Shown: positions 26,496 through 42,146, counted from the first letter of the stretch. The stretch: DNA of 64,000 nt from Chrysomallon squamiferum (GCA_012295275.1 CM022674.1:4774001-4838000); one strand, 5' to 3'. The notes: generated from the sequence alone by a model not told the origin. A program made the numbers and translations.

Positions 26496-28215
26496 GCCTT
26501 GGACTCGGAAATAATGACAGAGGAAATCCATTCCAAGGATCTTTCAAATGCACGTTTCCTAAATTACAGTGAGTGCAACGGTTAGACTGGGAAATAGCCA
26601 GTAATGACGTGATGACGAAGACTGATCCTGATAAATAGCGTTTTACGTTTACGCTCTAAATACTGAATGACTAAGACAGAGTGAAATAAGAGAGAGAGAA
26701 TTTACAACACGGACGAAGGGTGAAAAGAAATATAGAGAGATTAATTTTGCGTTTGATAGATGGAGGCAAAAAAAAAAAATTAAAAAATTAAAAAGATTAG
26801 CTGATGGCGAAGAAAATGTCACATTAAAAAAAAAAAAAAAAAAAAGTGAAATAGTAAAAAGTAAATAAAAAGAAATAATGACATTTTAAAGGTTATTGCG
26901 TTCTCTTTCAACACAAATTTAGATCAAATAATGTTCGCTAAAGAACGTAGTTAAAAAGCTGGTTTGTACTCAACTACGATATTGAACACCTAAAAACGAG
27001 AAAAAATTAAAATGAGAAAAAGAAAAACAAAATCTCTTGCTCATTACGTCTTCCTATCTAGAGGACTGGTGACGGAAATAAAAACTATTTGGCGTCTGTA
27101 ACACCAAAGCAACACAAAAACACTCCAAAATGTCTTCTTAAAGTACTGTTTTTCTGTGGTTAATTCAATAACCTTTCGATATATCTCCACTTACATACAT
27201 AAATACATACATACATACAAAATATACATCGTTTTCGATATATCTCCTTTTTTATATTGCTTTAATTATTATTATTTTCATTTTTATTACTTTTTAATTT
27301 TTTTAATCATTTTTGTCTTTCTTTCTTTCTTCAGTTCTTCCATGTATTTCTATTCTTTTACATACATAAGTTCATTATTTATCTTTTAATTTGTATATGT
27401 CTTTTGTTTATAGCTATACTTAATTTGCCCGCAGAAATTCTATCTGCTTTCCTGTAACAACACACACATAGAAGTCATAACTACGAAGTCTGACTATTTA
27501 TATCTCTATAACGACAGTCTTTACCCACTTCTTTTTAACTCAGACCAGAATGCATGTGTTTAATTAGGTGCAGTAATAACAAATCAATAAGTTTATCTGA
27601 TATTGAAATAACTGGCTATCTGATTAAATTGATGGCGAAGACCTTGGCCTGTTTCAAACTGTTCAGTAACTGGCAGGTTTCTCTTCATAAAAGATACGAA
27701 AAAAATACCTCAGTGTGCATTTTACTGAAACGTCAAATAGTGTCACTTAATTAAGTTCTTGTTCTAAACGTGTCGAGTCTTATTAATACTGTTTTATTAT
27801 TATTATTATTATTATTGTTGTTGTTGTTGTTGCCGTTGTTGTTGTTGTTATTGTTGTTGTTGCTGTTGTTGTTGTTGTTGTTGTTGTTATTGTTATTATT
27901 ATTGTTGTTGTTGTTGTTGCTGCTGCTGTTCTTGTTATTATTATTATTACTGTTGATACTACCACTATCAGTATTGTTATTAGTACCTATAATTATTATC
28001 ATATTACTATCATCATCAAGGACATTACCATTATCGTTATCATTATTGTTGCTACTACTACTACTACTACCACTAATACCACTACTGTGACTACTACTAC
28101 TACTACTATGGTACTAGAACTATCATTATTATCATTGTCATCATCATCATCATCATCATCATTAATTATTATTATTATTAGTGTTGTTGTTCTTGTATCT
28201 GTGTATATGAACAAA

Positions 28216-28475
28216 TTCTATATACTACATCGTACTACACTAGTTTTAACACAAAGTTTTGTATACTACACCTTACTACACCAGTTTTAACACAAAGTTC
28301 TATATACTACTTCTTACTACACTAGTTTTAACACAAAGTTTTGTATACTACATCTTACTACACTAGTTTTAACACAAAGTTCTATATACTACTTGCTACT
28401 ACAAAAGTTCTAACACAAATATTCGACATTTTACTACACTAGTTTTAACATAAAGTTCTACAGTACTGCACTACG
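28216..28475. repeat. 41 bp minisatellite, about 6 copies, alternating variants
   Basis: TATACTAC recurs at 28221, 28262, 28303, 28344 and 28385. TTTTGTATAC alternates with TTCTATATAC. Confidence 0.92.
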
Positions 28476-29178
28476 TCATATTTCACTAGAAAATCATGCA
28501 CAATATTATAACGCGTGAATCTTGCAGTTTTTATTAAACCACGAACCGTATTCGATTCCATGTTCCGCTCGCGTCATTTCTGTCCATTGGGATGTATGTG
28601 TTCTCTGATAATTGGTCGTGTACGGTGGAAACAGATCGATTTAGAACGAATACGGTAGTGTCATCTCGTTTTTCGTGTCGGTTTGTCTAATCACGAGTTT
28701 AACATGTTTTCAGTTCCCGTCTTAAACTGGAACAGACGATGAATGAAAACGTCTGGGAAGAAAAGAGATTATTTCAAAATGAGGTTGATATTTATTTTAT
28801 TTTTTTTTTCACTTTTTTTTTTTTTTTTTTTTTTATTTATTTATTTGTTTGTTTGTTTGTTTGTTTGTTTGTTTGTTTGTTTGTTTGTTTGTTTGTTTTT
28901 TTTTATTTATTTATTTTTATTTATTTATCTATCTAGTTTTATTTATTTAATTTATTTATTTTTTTTTATTTTTTTTATTTTTTTTTTTTTTTTTTTTTTT
29001 TTTTTCATTACTTATTGTTTATTTATTTATATATTTTTATTTCTTGATATTGCATGCACTTGAGAATCTGAGGCTATGTCTGAAAGAGAATGAAGCTGTT
29101 GACAATGTCTATGTGCACATGTATGTTTGGATTCGTATAACTGACAAGTTTATTACTTACAGTCCTACGACTATACAA

Positions 29179-29279
<101 letters not shown>

Positions 29280-29569
29280 TCTCTCTCTCTCTCAGTATCT
29301 CTGTCTCTCTATCTATGTATATCTCGCTCATTCAGTTTTTTCTACCTCTTTCGTTTCTTTGACCATTTGTCTCTCCCTGTCCCCTTTTTCTTTTTTATTT
29401 CTCTGTCTCCATTTTTATCATTAACAGTACATCAGAAAATCAAAAAAAAAAAAAAAAAAAAAACTATCTGAATTAACGTTTTGTTACTCTAATCTGTTTC
29501 GTTTCCATGCACACAAATCGCGTATCTCCGCCATTATCAAAATGTACAACGCAAGCGTTACAACAGTCT

Positions 29570-29604
<35 letters not shown>

Positions 29605-30031
29605 TTTCATTTCTATCGTTGCTCTTCGGTTAAAAAAAAACAACTCTACATCAACTGCTCTTTAATGAAAACCTGTTTAAGGAGGATTTTTTTTTTTTGT
29701 CTGTTAGAGACAAAAGCAGGTCTAACGAAAAGCATAGCAATCTGATCATGACTGATTATATGTGTGACCTTTCGTGACACCGAGTACTGGCGAGGGTCGA
29801 CTTCCCGTTATACGGGACTCTAATTTCGTTTAGCTGAAGTAATATTAGATTTCGTCTTTATTTGATGATGTAACTGATTGCGTTACGTCGGGCCGAAGTG
29901 CACGTTAACAAGTCTCAGGTCAGTGATAGAAGAAGAGAGTTTGTGGCAGGAAGTTTGAAAATAAATGATTTATTCGGGATAAAGAGAATCAGTAAAAGAG
30001 AGACAGAAAATGTGTGCTTGTAAACATATAT

Positions 30032-30216
<185 letters not shown>

Positions 30217-32808
30217 AGAAGAAGACAGGGACAGACAAACGTTCACAAAATATAACTAGACAATGAGAAAGAGAAACAGCTAGAGTCTAACTAATGAAAA
30301 AAAACAAACAAAAAAACAAAGCGAGACACAGACAAAGAAGAATAAGAAAGAAAAAAAATAGATTCTGACAACACACACGCACACATGAAACAAAACTTGT
30401 TTTTGAAATACCTAACATCAACAAGAAACAGCAAAAAATAACCAGTCTTGCTCTGTCATCAGCTCTAAAAACAAAAAACAAAACTAAAACATAGCATTTC
30501 ACATCTTGCTCTAAAAACTGAACTTTTCCTTCAGATGTGCGAAAGACCTGTTACCCGACCCTACTCCACTTCACGACAACATTTCTCCATTCAGTTTTCG
30601 CTACGACCCGACGCTGATAATAATAAATAATGTCGTATGGCCACAAAGGACACCCCCGAAGAAAGTAAGTTCTAACAACAATAATCAGAGGAGCTAAGTT
30701 AAAGAATATCTTATACAGTGCGGCTAGGCCGTGGCCCCCCCCCCTCCCCCCATTGCAAATACATCTGACTTTGCTGACTTGACCTTTCAAGAATCAGCCA
30801 TGCGTGACTGGCGCGTGCATCGACTTCCGCCAGAGCTCGCGTCTGCGCGCTAATTTCTAATCAAGATTTTCGTCTTGATGTAGAGATCAATACATCGTCT
30901 TTGAACGTTGCTGAATGCATGCACCGTGTACACACACACACACACACACATTTGTTCACTCGTTATGTTATATACATCTATAGACAAACTCATGCAGCGC
31001 TGTATGAAAGCTAAATACTCTCTCTTCGCTGTTATTACTCTTATTAAAAAAAAAAAAAAAAAGAAGCACGGATTAAGGTATTTACTTACCAAATGTCATT
31101 ACTTATTAATCCTGATACACTTGCACACTGGTTGAACTGGTTGGTGCACTGTTGTGGCCAGGATAAGAATCTTTTTTTTTTTTCATTTAATTATCACTTT
31201 GCCGACGTGAGCCTACGACTCTCTTGTCAAATCTCAGGTTATAAATTATTTATGTCGTAGCGTTATGAAGATAAAACGTATTAAATCAGTTTTGTGAATG
31301 CTTAAAAAAATCATCAGTACTTTTCTTTATCTCTTTCTTCTTCTTCATTTATATTTTATTTATATATATATATTTTTTTTTTTTTTGTTTGTTTTAAATT
31401 CATCAAAAGAATACACTCTTTTATATAACTTTATTCACGAAATGCGATTTATCGGTTTTTTTTTCGTTTTTTTTCTGGCGTGTATTTCGGTCGTTTGTTT
31501 CTCGTATCGGTAATCAGAGTGTTCCAGCATAATGGCGACTTGCTTAATACGAGCTGCAGTTGCAAGAAAATGCTCGCTGATATCAAACTCTTCGTGGATA
31601 AGATTAATCACGAATGACTAACAGAATAAATCTGTTTTACAATTTTTTTGTTTTTTTGTTTGTTTCATTTTGCTTATGTTTTTCTCCATTTTGTTTTCCC
31701 CTTAAGAGATTTGTTTCAGCTACGGCCATTTTTCATTCGTATCCCAAAAGTTAAAATAATAATAATAATAATAATAATAAAGATGAACGAATAATAAAGA
31801 TGTACGTACTTACACAGATATAGAGAGACACATATAACATTGTAAACACATAATACGCATACACGCATACACTCACATACACATTCATACATGTACAAAC
31901 ATTTACAATAAAGACAACTTTAACACACATCAATCTATTGATATTTTAGCGTTGCAGAGAGAAGAGATAAAAAAAAATATATATAAAATATAAAATAATA
32001 ATAATAATAAAATGAAAAACGATCTTCGATTTACGACCGATACGTCGTAAGAACGCTGCTTTGTTGATGCGTTTCTGTTGTCGGACAGTATAGGTTAAAC
32101 ACGCCATGCAAGTAAAAAAAAAACAAAAAAAAAATCAAATTTATGTCCGTCTCTGTGTAGTTTCCATTTGTCAGTGGCCACATTCCGTGACTATTAGTTA
32201 TCTGTCTTGCTCACGGAATTAATCACGTTAACCATCGTTTCCCGAACGAAGGTTAAATCGCGTAATGCGATATATAACGAAGTTCGAGTTAAAAGTAGTT
32301 TCTTTTTTTTTTTTTTTTTCTTTATTTCCAAACAGAAAAACACTTTTATCTACTATCGATCTCAGGTCAAAGCCAGCGATGACCACGCGTCCAAGCTTTG
32401 ATTGTTTGCGCCCATACAAAACGCTTCTGTCAATTAATAGCGACCGTTTGTTGTTAAGTATTAGTGTAACAGGGGTTTTTTTGCGGTGTGTGTGAGTGTA
32501 TTTTTATTTTTTATTTTTTATTTTTTTTGTTGGCTATATCTGTGTTTAAGTGAACCCGATACACGATGCGTTTATTTTCGAAAGCGACAATGCTGCCTTA
32601 AAATATGACACGGAATAAATAGTATGTGTAGAAAATGCGTTATAATACTCTGTATTGCTAAAAAAACAAACACATAATAGCCCTACTTTGCGAAAGCCGT
32701 TGTTAAACATTATAGATCCAAACAAAAATAAAAATATATGTATAGAGAAAGAGAGAAAGAGATTTTATTACTATCTTTGCTAATTCATCGTTGATCCTCA
32801 AACACAGT

Positions 32809-32876
<68 letters not shown>

Positions 32877-33187
32877 AAATACTATTCATATCTGAAAAAT
32901 AGACTTATCTTCGCGAAAGATTGTAGACTGAAAACAAGTCATTGCATTTATCGTGACAAAATTTGCATGTGCTTCGTTTTAGTAACGCTTTATTTTGTTA
33001 GTAAATATTTTCAATTAATAAACAATGAAATATTACAACAAAAAATAAATAATAAAAGCAAATAAAATCACCCTATCGAACTTACCAGTTATTTCATTCC
33101 TTTAAATCATTTCTTCTAGTAAATATGCTGTTTCTACAATATCCGTTAAATAAGAATTTCCAGTGCTGTGGTATTAAAAAAAAAATT

Positions 33188-33247
33188 GTAACGTCAAATG
33201 TTTATTTTATTGTGACGTCAAACGTTTGTTTTATTATGACGTCATTT
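33188..33247. repeat. 24 bp triplicated unit with CRE cores
   Basis: TAACGTCA at 33189, TGACGTCA at 33213 and 33237. Confidence 0.75.
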
Positions 33248-33630
33248 CAAAGACTGGCGGATTTCGTCATTGTTTTAACTGTACGAACTTAACAATTCCT
33301 AGAACTTTTTTTTATCTATGTGTCGATCTATATATATATAAAATCTGTCTGTGTGTCTGTCTATCTATCTGTCTATATATCTAGTTGTTTGTTTATTTGG
33401 TTATACTTCTTATTTATCTTCGTTTTCTTCTTCTTCTTTTTCTTATTACATACACCGGCTCTCGTTCAATAACCCGTGCAGATTTATTAAACGCGGGTCT
33501 AACACAGGATCGATTTAAAACAATGGAAGTTGCGAGTTTATTGTCTGCAAACTGCCACTGTAACACGATGTCGAGTAGCACCATTAGCATCCGCTTTTAG
33601 GTGTGTTATTCAAAGATATGGTCGGTGTGC

Positions 33631-33664
<34 letters not shown>

Positions 33665-33697
33665 TTGTATGTGCGTGTGTGAGTGTGAGAGAAAGAG

Positions 33698-33773
<76 letters not shown>

Positions 33774-33879
33774 GAAAATGTCTATGTTGTAATCTTATAT
33801 ATATATATATATATATATCTCACTCTCACACATGCACATACAACTTTAACCATACATATATATACATACATACATATAC

Positions 33880-33917
<38 letters not shown>

Positions 33918-34595
33918 GTATATTATACACACACATGTATGTGTTTGTGCGTATGTGTATGTGTATGTGAGTGTGTATTTGTATGTATAGACATTCTTGC
34001 AACATTTCCAAAAAATATATATACTCATTAACATATTAGCCTAGTAACAATAAATGCATATAATCATCATTCCAACGTATCAGAAAACATACTATAAAAA
34101 CTCGAAAGATTTATTCTGTGAAATGAGACCACTCACTGCAGAAACACGTCTGTACCCACCTTCATCATCACCATCAGCGTCGACGGCATTGCGTAAACCT
34201 GTTTATTAATATTTGTCAACAACAACCAAAACGAAAACAGCAATAACAGAAGTTACTCGCGCGGTTTCGCGTTAACAACAATAACGTGTTGATCGTTTTC
34301 CTGGGCTGAACAGAGTACGAAATGTACCGACAACCGATTTACCGCGGTTTTTCACGGAAACTAACGAACCGCGGCGAGAGCTAATTGAGTTTGCAAAGGA
34401 GCGATGATAACTAATTTAAAACATACGGACAGAATATAACGTGAAGATGAGATTTTTGATTCAGTGGTTAGATTGCCTGCACGAGAAAGAATGACATGTC
34501 ACAGTATCAACACTTCTCGGACTGATTTTTCCCGTTTCAGAATGAGCTCCTTTTTTTTTCTTACCTATTTTTTTTTTTTTTTTTTTTGTTTGTTA

Positions 34596-34653
<58 letters not shown>

Positions 34654-34677
34654 TGATTATTATTATTATTTTTTTTC

Positions 34678-34711
<34 letters not shown>

Positions 34712-34861
34712 ACTTTTTTTCTGTTGCAGTTTGTTTGTTATACTGCTGCTGTTCTTGCTGTTGATGACGATAATGTTGTTGTAGTTATTTCGTCTTCGTT
34801 AATTAAACCTTGTCTTTGCTTGCACTGTATATGTCAATAACAAATCTAATTCTTACCCTCT

Positions 34862-34892
<31 letters not shown>

Positions 34893-36024
34893 CTTTTCTT
34901 TTTTTTCTCTCTTTTTTTTTGTTTTTCTTTAATTGTATTTATTTTCTTTTTCTTCTTTCATCCTGTCTCTTATTAAACCAATTTGTCTGCGGAGACAAAA
35001 CAAACGGGCAAAACTCTCACAAAACGCATTTCGACGACATCGTTTACGAAAAAACGAATTGAACGAAAACAAATCATTCGTTGGTATTCATTTCACGTCA
35101 CTGGTTTGAAAACTAGGTTTCCTTTCGCTGTCTGTCTGTCTGTACGATTGTTCATAGAATGCCAGAAGTTAAGAAAGAACAAACTGAAGACATCCAAGAA
35201 AGATACAGCAAAAACTAATTAGTTCTTTTTCAGCATTTTAAATAACAAAAAAACAGAAATAGATAGCGTTGTGTAGTTGACGGCTAAAAATAAAATGCAG
35301 GGAGTGAGAGAATTGCGTCAGAATTTTTGATGCAACATCGTCTTCGTCGAACTTGAGAGTCTATCCGATGGTCTCAGGCTAGAATAAATAAAACTGGTTT
35401 TAAGAAACATGAAGTATATAACTTTGAAATTAACTGTGAAAACATCTCTCGTTGCAAAGAACGGAGCAGAACAAAGGCAGCGACGATTTTGTTTTGCACG
35501 CGGTTTTCATTTTCTACACGTCACAACAGGCATGATCAAAAATAATTAACTTTAATAAAAATTAAAAAAAATTCTGAAACAGTCACCTTTGATTTAGAAA
35601 CGGTGCGAAGATGAATAAATACGTATATCATTCTTTATCTCTTTATTATATATAAATATATATATAAACACACACACACGTACATACATAAATACAGATA
35701 AACAGATAGATATATAGATAGATTTAAATATTGATATTTCGTTTTACTTGTTCGACAGAATTCAAACAGCTATCAGTGAAAATGTGTGTGTTTCTGTCAA
35801 TATATTTCTCTATTTATATATATACACACATACACACACACACATACGCACACTTAGCAAGATAGAGAAACACATAGATAAATATATATATATATTATTC
35901 AAACAGCTATCAGTGAAATCTTCATGTTCTGAGACTAACGTAAAGAAGACAAATTAGCAATATTTGGACTCTTCGAAAGAAGATCGCACCATGCACTAAA
36001 AACTGTGTATGTATTTATATAAGC

Positions 36025-36135
36025 GTGTTTTGTGAGATCGTCTTGTGTGAGATGGTGTTTTGTGAGATATTGTTTAGTGAGATCGTTGTTTGAGAGATCG
36101 TGGTTTATGAGATCGGGTTGTGTGAGATCGTGTTA
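36025..36135. repeat. 15 bp minisatellite (GTGTTTTGTGAGATC), about 7 copies
   Basis: GAGAT recurs every 15-16 bp. Confidence 0.9.
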
Positions 36136-36933
36136 GGACTTTGTTATCCTCTAAAACGCTTTCCAGACTATTGTCTACATGCCGTGTTTAATCAGATGAA
36201 CATAAGAAAAGAGAAAATTATTTCCTAGAAACACACACACAAACACACACACACTGACACACAAAAAAAAAGACAAAGAGAAAAAGATAGACATATACAC
36301 ACAGAGAGAAACACAGAGACACGCCTATAAACACACACACACACACACATATATGCACGGACACTGAAACACACATCAAAGACACACACACACAGAGAGA
36401 CACATGCACACACAGATATATATAACATATACATACAGGCACATACAGCCACATACACCCACCCACAAACAAGCACGCACTCACACACACACAAACACAC
36501 ACACCTATACACAACGTTATTGTTGCAGATGTTGCCAACAGCGGTTACCAGTCGATTATCGACCAGGATATTTTTCAGTTCTAACCTTCACACCGTGCTA
36601 AATTAGCTGGCGTCAGTCCTCAACAGACTTTGAAATATTTATTAATTTTAATGGCACATCAATAAATGAATTAATTATATGATAATGTTTCGTGTTGCTT
36701 CATTTTAATTAATATGTGACATCTGAAACAGGGTATATAAAAAAACAAAAAAATAAAAACAAGAAGAAATAAATAGTAATGATATAAAAACAGTGTTTGC
36801 CGCTAAGTGTCTGATAACAGCTTTGATAAATAAATAAATAATAATAATAAAAATAAATGTTTTAAAAAGTACTGATTATGCAGAAAGAGTAGGAAGGAAA
36901 CAAAAAGATGAAAAGAAAATAGAAGGATCAGAC

Positions 36934-37234
<301 letters not shown>

Positions 37235-37737
37235 CCATTTTTCGCTAGATAGACGACGATACATTGAAGTTATTACGTCTTATTAATAAATGTCGTGATG
37301 ATAACAGAACGCCAAGAATTCACGACTAAAACAGAATATAGAGAAGAAGCACAAATAAAGCGACCTGTGAGAAAACACAGATGTGAAATTTGTTAATGTT
37401 TGTCTCAAGTCAACAACACGTCAATAATGTTGTAGTAGGTCAATTAGTGCCATTTATTAAAGAAGAAGTTTTACAAAAACACGATGTCGATAGTGTTGAC
37501 ACAAGCTAATCACTGTTATCCCAAGTACTCCAAACTTTCAGTTAATATTTGACGAGTTGAACACCGGCTAAAGTAGCCCGTTTATTTAATAAGAAAACTA
37601 ATATTTTCCAACGATTAAAAGAACTTAGTCGATATCCATTACTGGATTTTGTAGGTATTAGTGTCTCTCTCTCTCTCTCTTTCTCACTGTTTGTCTCTCT
37701 GTCTCTCTCTGTCTCTCTCTGTCTCGCTCGCTCTCTC

Positions 37738-37809
<72 letters not shown>

Positions 37810-37839
37810 AATTTCACAAACACATACATGCACTCACTC

Positions 37840-37901
<62 letters not shown>

Positions 37902-38279
37902 GCATATAATAAATATATACATTAGGCGACCCCACTTACTAATGTTCCTTAATGCAGGTTAGCAAATACATTTTATCACAGCCTTGCCAATGGGATTTGT
38001 TTTTTTAATTAACAAAATATACCGCGCTGATTTTCAGATCTATCATTACTGCTGTTTAACTCTGATGAAGTATTACCTATAAAACACAATGTATCAGGTG
38101 TTTGTTTTATATTGTATTTTTCATCTCTCTCTTCTGTGCGATAATGCATTTGTCTGTGATTTCAGTCAACAATTCACAGTGTTTCTGGGTACAGGTATTT
38201 AGGTTTTGTTGACATTAGTAATATGCTGAAAGCGTCGCTAAACAAAACTCACTTTCCTCAACAAAGAAAGACAAATAGA

Positions 38280-38750
<471 letters not shown>

Positions 38751-39305
38751 CGACAGACAAAAAGATGGCTGAACGGACAGATTTACGAACAGATGGAGGA
38801 TAAATAAAGAAAAAAGAAACTGAAACCAAAACAAAAAAAAAAAAAGAGAATTAATAAAGAAAATATTCAGTTATTTTTTATACCAATATTTGCAATATTT
38901 ATTTGATCCGTATATGTGTCATACAGTCATGATATTAATATCATAGTATACTTTATGTTATATTATATTATTACACACAGCGTGATTGCGACATAATTAG
39001 CTCTCTATCTCTCTGTTGTCAATGTAACTAGGTAATGCATTAAGAAGGAAAGAAAATTAAAGTTGAATTCTGCTTCAGAATTATGGTTATTTTTGACTTA
39101 CAACCCGGCTTCAAAAAGACAAAGCCTTTTGTTAATTAGCAAGCATAATTTATGTTAATGTAATAACGTAATGGGCTTGGTTGTATTTTTGTGCGTGTGG
39201 GTCTAGATAGATAGATATACAGACAGACATACAGAGAGACAGACATATAGAATGATAGATAGATCGACATATAGATAGATCGAAATACAGACAGACAGAC
39301 AGACT

Positions 39306-39341
<36 letters not shown>

Positions 39342-40183
39342 TACAGACAGACAGACAGACAGATAGATAGATAGATAGATATTCAGATATAAATATAGAA
39401 AGAAAGAGACAGACAGACAGACAGACATACAGGGACAAATAAGCATGGATTACTGACACAGAGAAAGACAGAAATGTTTGTCTGCGTATGGAGGCTTGTA
39501 TCTAAATAGAAAACTAGGGGTTCGTATATGTATGTGTACAGATAGTTAGATAAGTAAATATCTATGTATGTATATTCGTGTGTATAATAATATGTATGTA
39601 TGTATGTACGTGTATTTGTATTGTCACGCTAAGTTTGTACATAATGTGCATAAATTCATACAATGGATTTTTTTTTTTCTCTCCTTGTTTCCATGCTAGC
39701 GTACGCTTTGGTATTTCTGTTTTACCCAGGACGTACATTAACGTAAACAAAACAAAAAAAGACGACAAAGACCTATTTTATTTATAATAATTCAAACGTA
39801 CGGAGCTTAATGAACGTAACGAAATTAATTCTATACGATTAAAAAGCAAAACCGAACAATAGACGTAAACGCTGTTATTATTGAAATCGATATTTCAACT
39901 AATACAAGCGCAGTTTAAAATCACTGCGTTGATGCTGAATGATGTTGATCCAGCGAAATGACTCCACAGACCGGCTTTTGGAAGATTCCTGTCATACGAA
40001 ATAAACTTCATTTCCACGATCTCTGCCAATATGTGGTGTTTATGCGTTCAAATTTTGACCACTACGCCCGACTTTCCGGAGCAGTGTTTGAACGGGATAA
40101 AACAAAAATATATATATATATATATATGACAAGTAAATATAAATTCTTTTAGTTATACAATATAATAAAAAATAAAATTGATG

Positions 40184-40192
40184 ACTTACCTG
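40184..40192 (-). other. Perfect consensus splice donor on minus strand (CAG|GTAAGT)
   Basis: The plus strand reads ACTTACCTG at the left boundary of the unique island. No long ORF lies upstream of it on the minus strand. Confidence 0.35.
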
Positions 40193-40254
40193 TAAATTTA
40201 AGCTTCGTTCGCCGCTTGTTTTCGTTCGTAATGTCTCTCGATTGGTTTTCAACA

Positions 40255-40570
40255 ACTGTCTGGATTATTTGCTTCTTCTCTCAACAGTTTGATCTTGTTT
40301 TGGATTATCCGGGAAATCCGGATTAGTTTATCATTTGTGGATTATAGCTGACTCGCTTCAGTGTCTAATGTCTTGCTTGAACTAACTGCCAAGCGTGTTT
40401 GGACTATCTCATGCTTTTTGGATTATTTGGTTATCTGCATTAATTTATTTTTCTCTCTTTTAAATCAATCTTCTAACGGATTATCGAGTCCAGTTTTAAT
40501 ACCTCCGATGGATTATCTGTCTTCTGCTGTCTTCAGTGGATTATAACAATTGCTTCTGTATCAGTCTGCC
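40255..40570 (+). promoter_or_regulatory. Candidate 5' UTR with same-strand GGATTA(T) cluster and uORF
   Basis: GGATTA at 40262, 40302, 40320, 40339, 40420, 40478, 40510, 40538 and 40573. A uORF spans 40508-40546 (MDYLSSAVFSGL*). Confidence 0.55.
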
Positions 40571-40637
40571 ATGGATTATCTTTATCTTTCTCTGCGACTA
40601 ACCAAAACGAATGTCTTGCCCAGAATGGAATCGGCTG
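40571..40637 (+). CDS. Candidate first coding exon of an unidentified gene (MDYLYLSLRLTKTNVLPRMESA + 1 nt, or MESA from 40625)
   Basis: GCCATGG at 40571 and in-frame AGAATGG at 40625 both have strong Kozak context. A phase-1 donor CTG|GTAAGA follows at 40637/40638. I recognised no matching downstream coding exon in the window. Confidence 0.45.
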
Positions 40638-41204
40638 GTAAGATATTTTCAAGTCATGCGTCACAAACAACAATTTACATTCGTAACTTAGCAACACAAT
40701 GTATATTGCAGAAACATTTTCGACAGGAATAAGATTAATATAACGAACAAACTGGGGGGTTTTTCACAGGAAAATAAAATAATCCAATATAGTTCCTTCC
40801 TTTTGTTTGTAATTTCTTTTTTTTCTGATTCACCTTTTTTATCGTGAGAGAGAAAATCCGTGTTCAGTTCTAATGCAGCACACGTATTTCGAATAATCCT
40901 AAAAACTTAAACCGCGGCTTACACGAATGAAAATCCAGTTAATAACCATAATCTGCCAGAATTAAGAACATCAGTTTCGGGGGGAAAAAAAAAAAAAAAA
41001 AGTTTTTATTTTTTTATTTTATTATTATTTTTTTTTTTTTTTTCGTACCAACAACAACAACAACAAAAAAAGACGTCGTCTGTAAGCATCAACAGCAGCA
41101 GAAAAACGAAAAAAAAAAAATAAAAATAAAAAAAAAAATTCTGGCGATTATTAGAGTTTTAAAAAGAAAAAGAAAACGAACAAACAATTCCGTGAGTTAA
41201 AAAA

Positions 41205-41510
41205 ACTCCGTTACGAGACCTCGCTACGGTTTCCGGATAAACTGCAAGCGGCGCGTGCGCCTACCTCCTCACAGATCTGTGTTGTTTGTGTGAATGCGCG
41301 CGACGGTCTCCGCGGGGTTTTTACGTAAAATGACGGAATCCGGAGCCGAAGTCGCCGTCGACTGGTTAACATCTATCGATTTGTATCTATCCGTTTTCAA
41401 ACGCATCTGTTATCGGAGTTTTCCGCTAACGTTATATTTACTTCTGTCCCCCGAGTGTCTACGTCACCTGTCTAAACAGGACGAGCCGAAATGCATCGAA
41501 CGAGATTCAT
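41205..41510. promoter_or_regulatory. CpG-dense island just downstream of the candidate first exon
   Basis: Among the most GC/CpG-rich unique segments (GCGGCGCGTGCGC, TGCGCGCGACGG, CCGCGG, GTCGCCGTCGAC). Confidence 0.45.
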
Positions 41511-42146
41511 AGACATTTTTTTTTTATATTTATTTTATTTTTATTTTTTTTTTTTTTATTTTACTTAGAACAAAAAATGTATGGAAATGTTGTCATGAGT
41601 CGTGTATTCGAAATTTTCACATCTCATTTTTTTTTTTTTTTTTTTTTTTAATGTTCATTTTTTCTTTCTTTCTTCTTCTTCTTCTTCTTCTTCTTCTTCT
41701 TCTTTTTGTGGTGGTGGCTTATATTTAATGAGTAGTCGGCATCATGTTTTGGTAGGCAGAGAGGTAAGAATCAAGGGGAAATCAATCCATGCATTGGCCA
41801 ACACCTTTTTAGTGGAATGTTTAATGTTATAAAGGTCATCAGTATAAAACCTGCTTTAGTCAATTAATTTAAATTTTCAATTCATCGATTAAAAGCTTAT
41901 ATTCCACATATACATTTTGATATGCGTGGGTGTGTGTGTTTGTGTGTGTGTGTGCGTGTGTGTGTATATATATATATGTGTATATATATTCTAATTCAGT
42001 TTTAATTTTCAATTACTGGTACTTCACACTCACACTATTATTACTTGAAGTAGTCCTAGTAGTATCAGTTTTAGTAATAATAATAATGTAGCAAGCAATA
42101 ATTATTATACTAGTAGTAAGTAAGCTCTTAATGGTTGTCCTGAAAA

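Noticed and set aside
33575-33597. TAGCACCATT, matching the miR-29/285 5' end
   Set aside because: The remainder does not match and there is no precursor hairpin.
37974-37996. TATCACAGCC, matching the 5' end of the miR-2 family
   Set aside because: The 3' half diverges, the upstream arm pairs poorly with too short a loop, and there is no neighbouring miR-71/miR-2 cluster.
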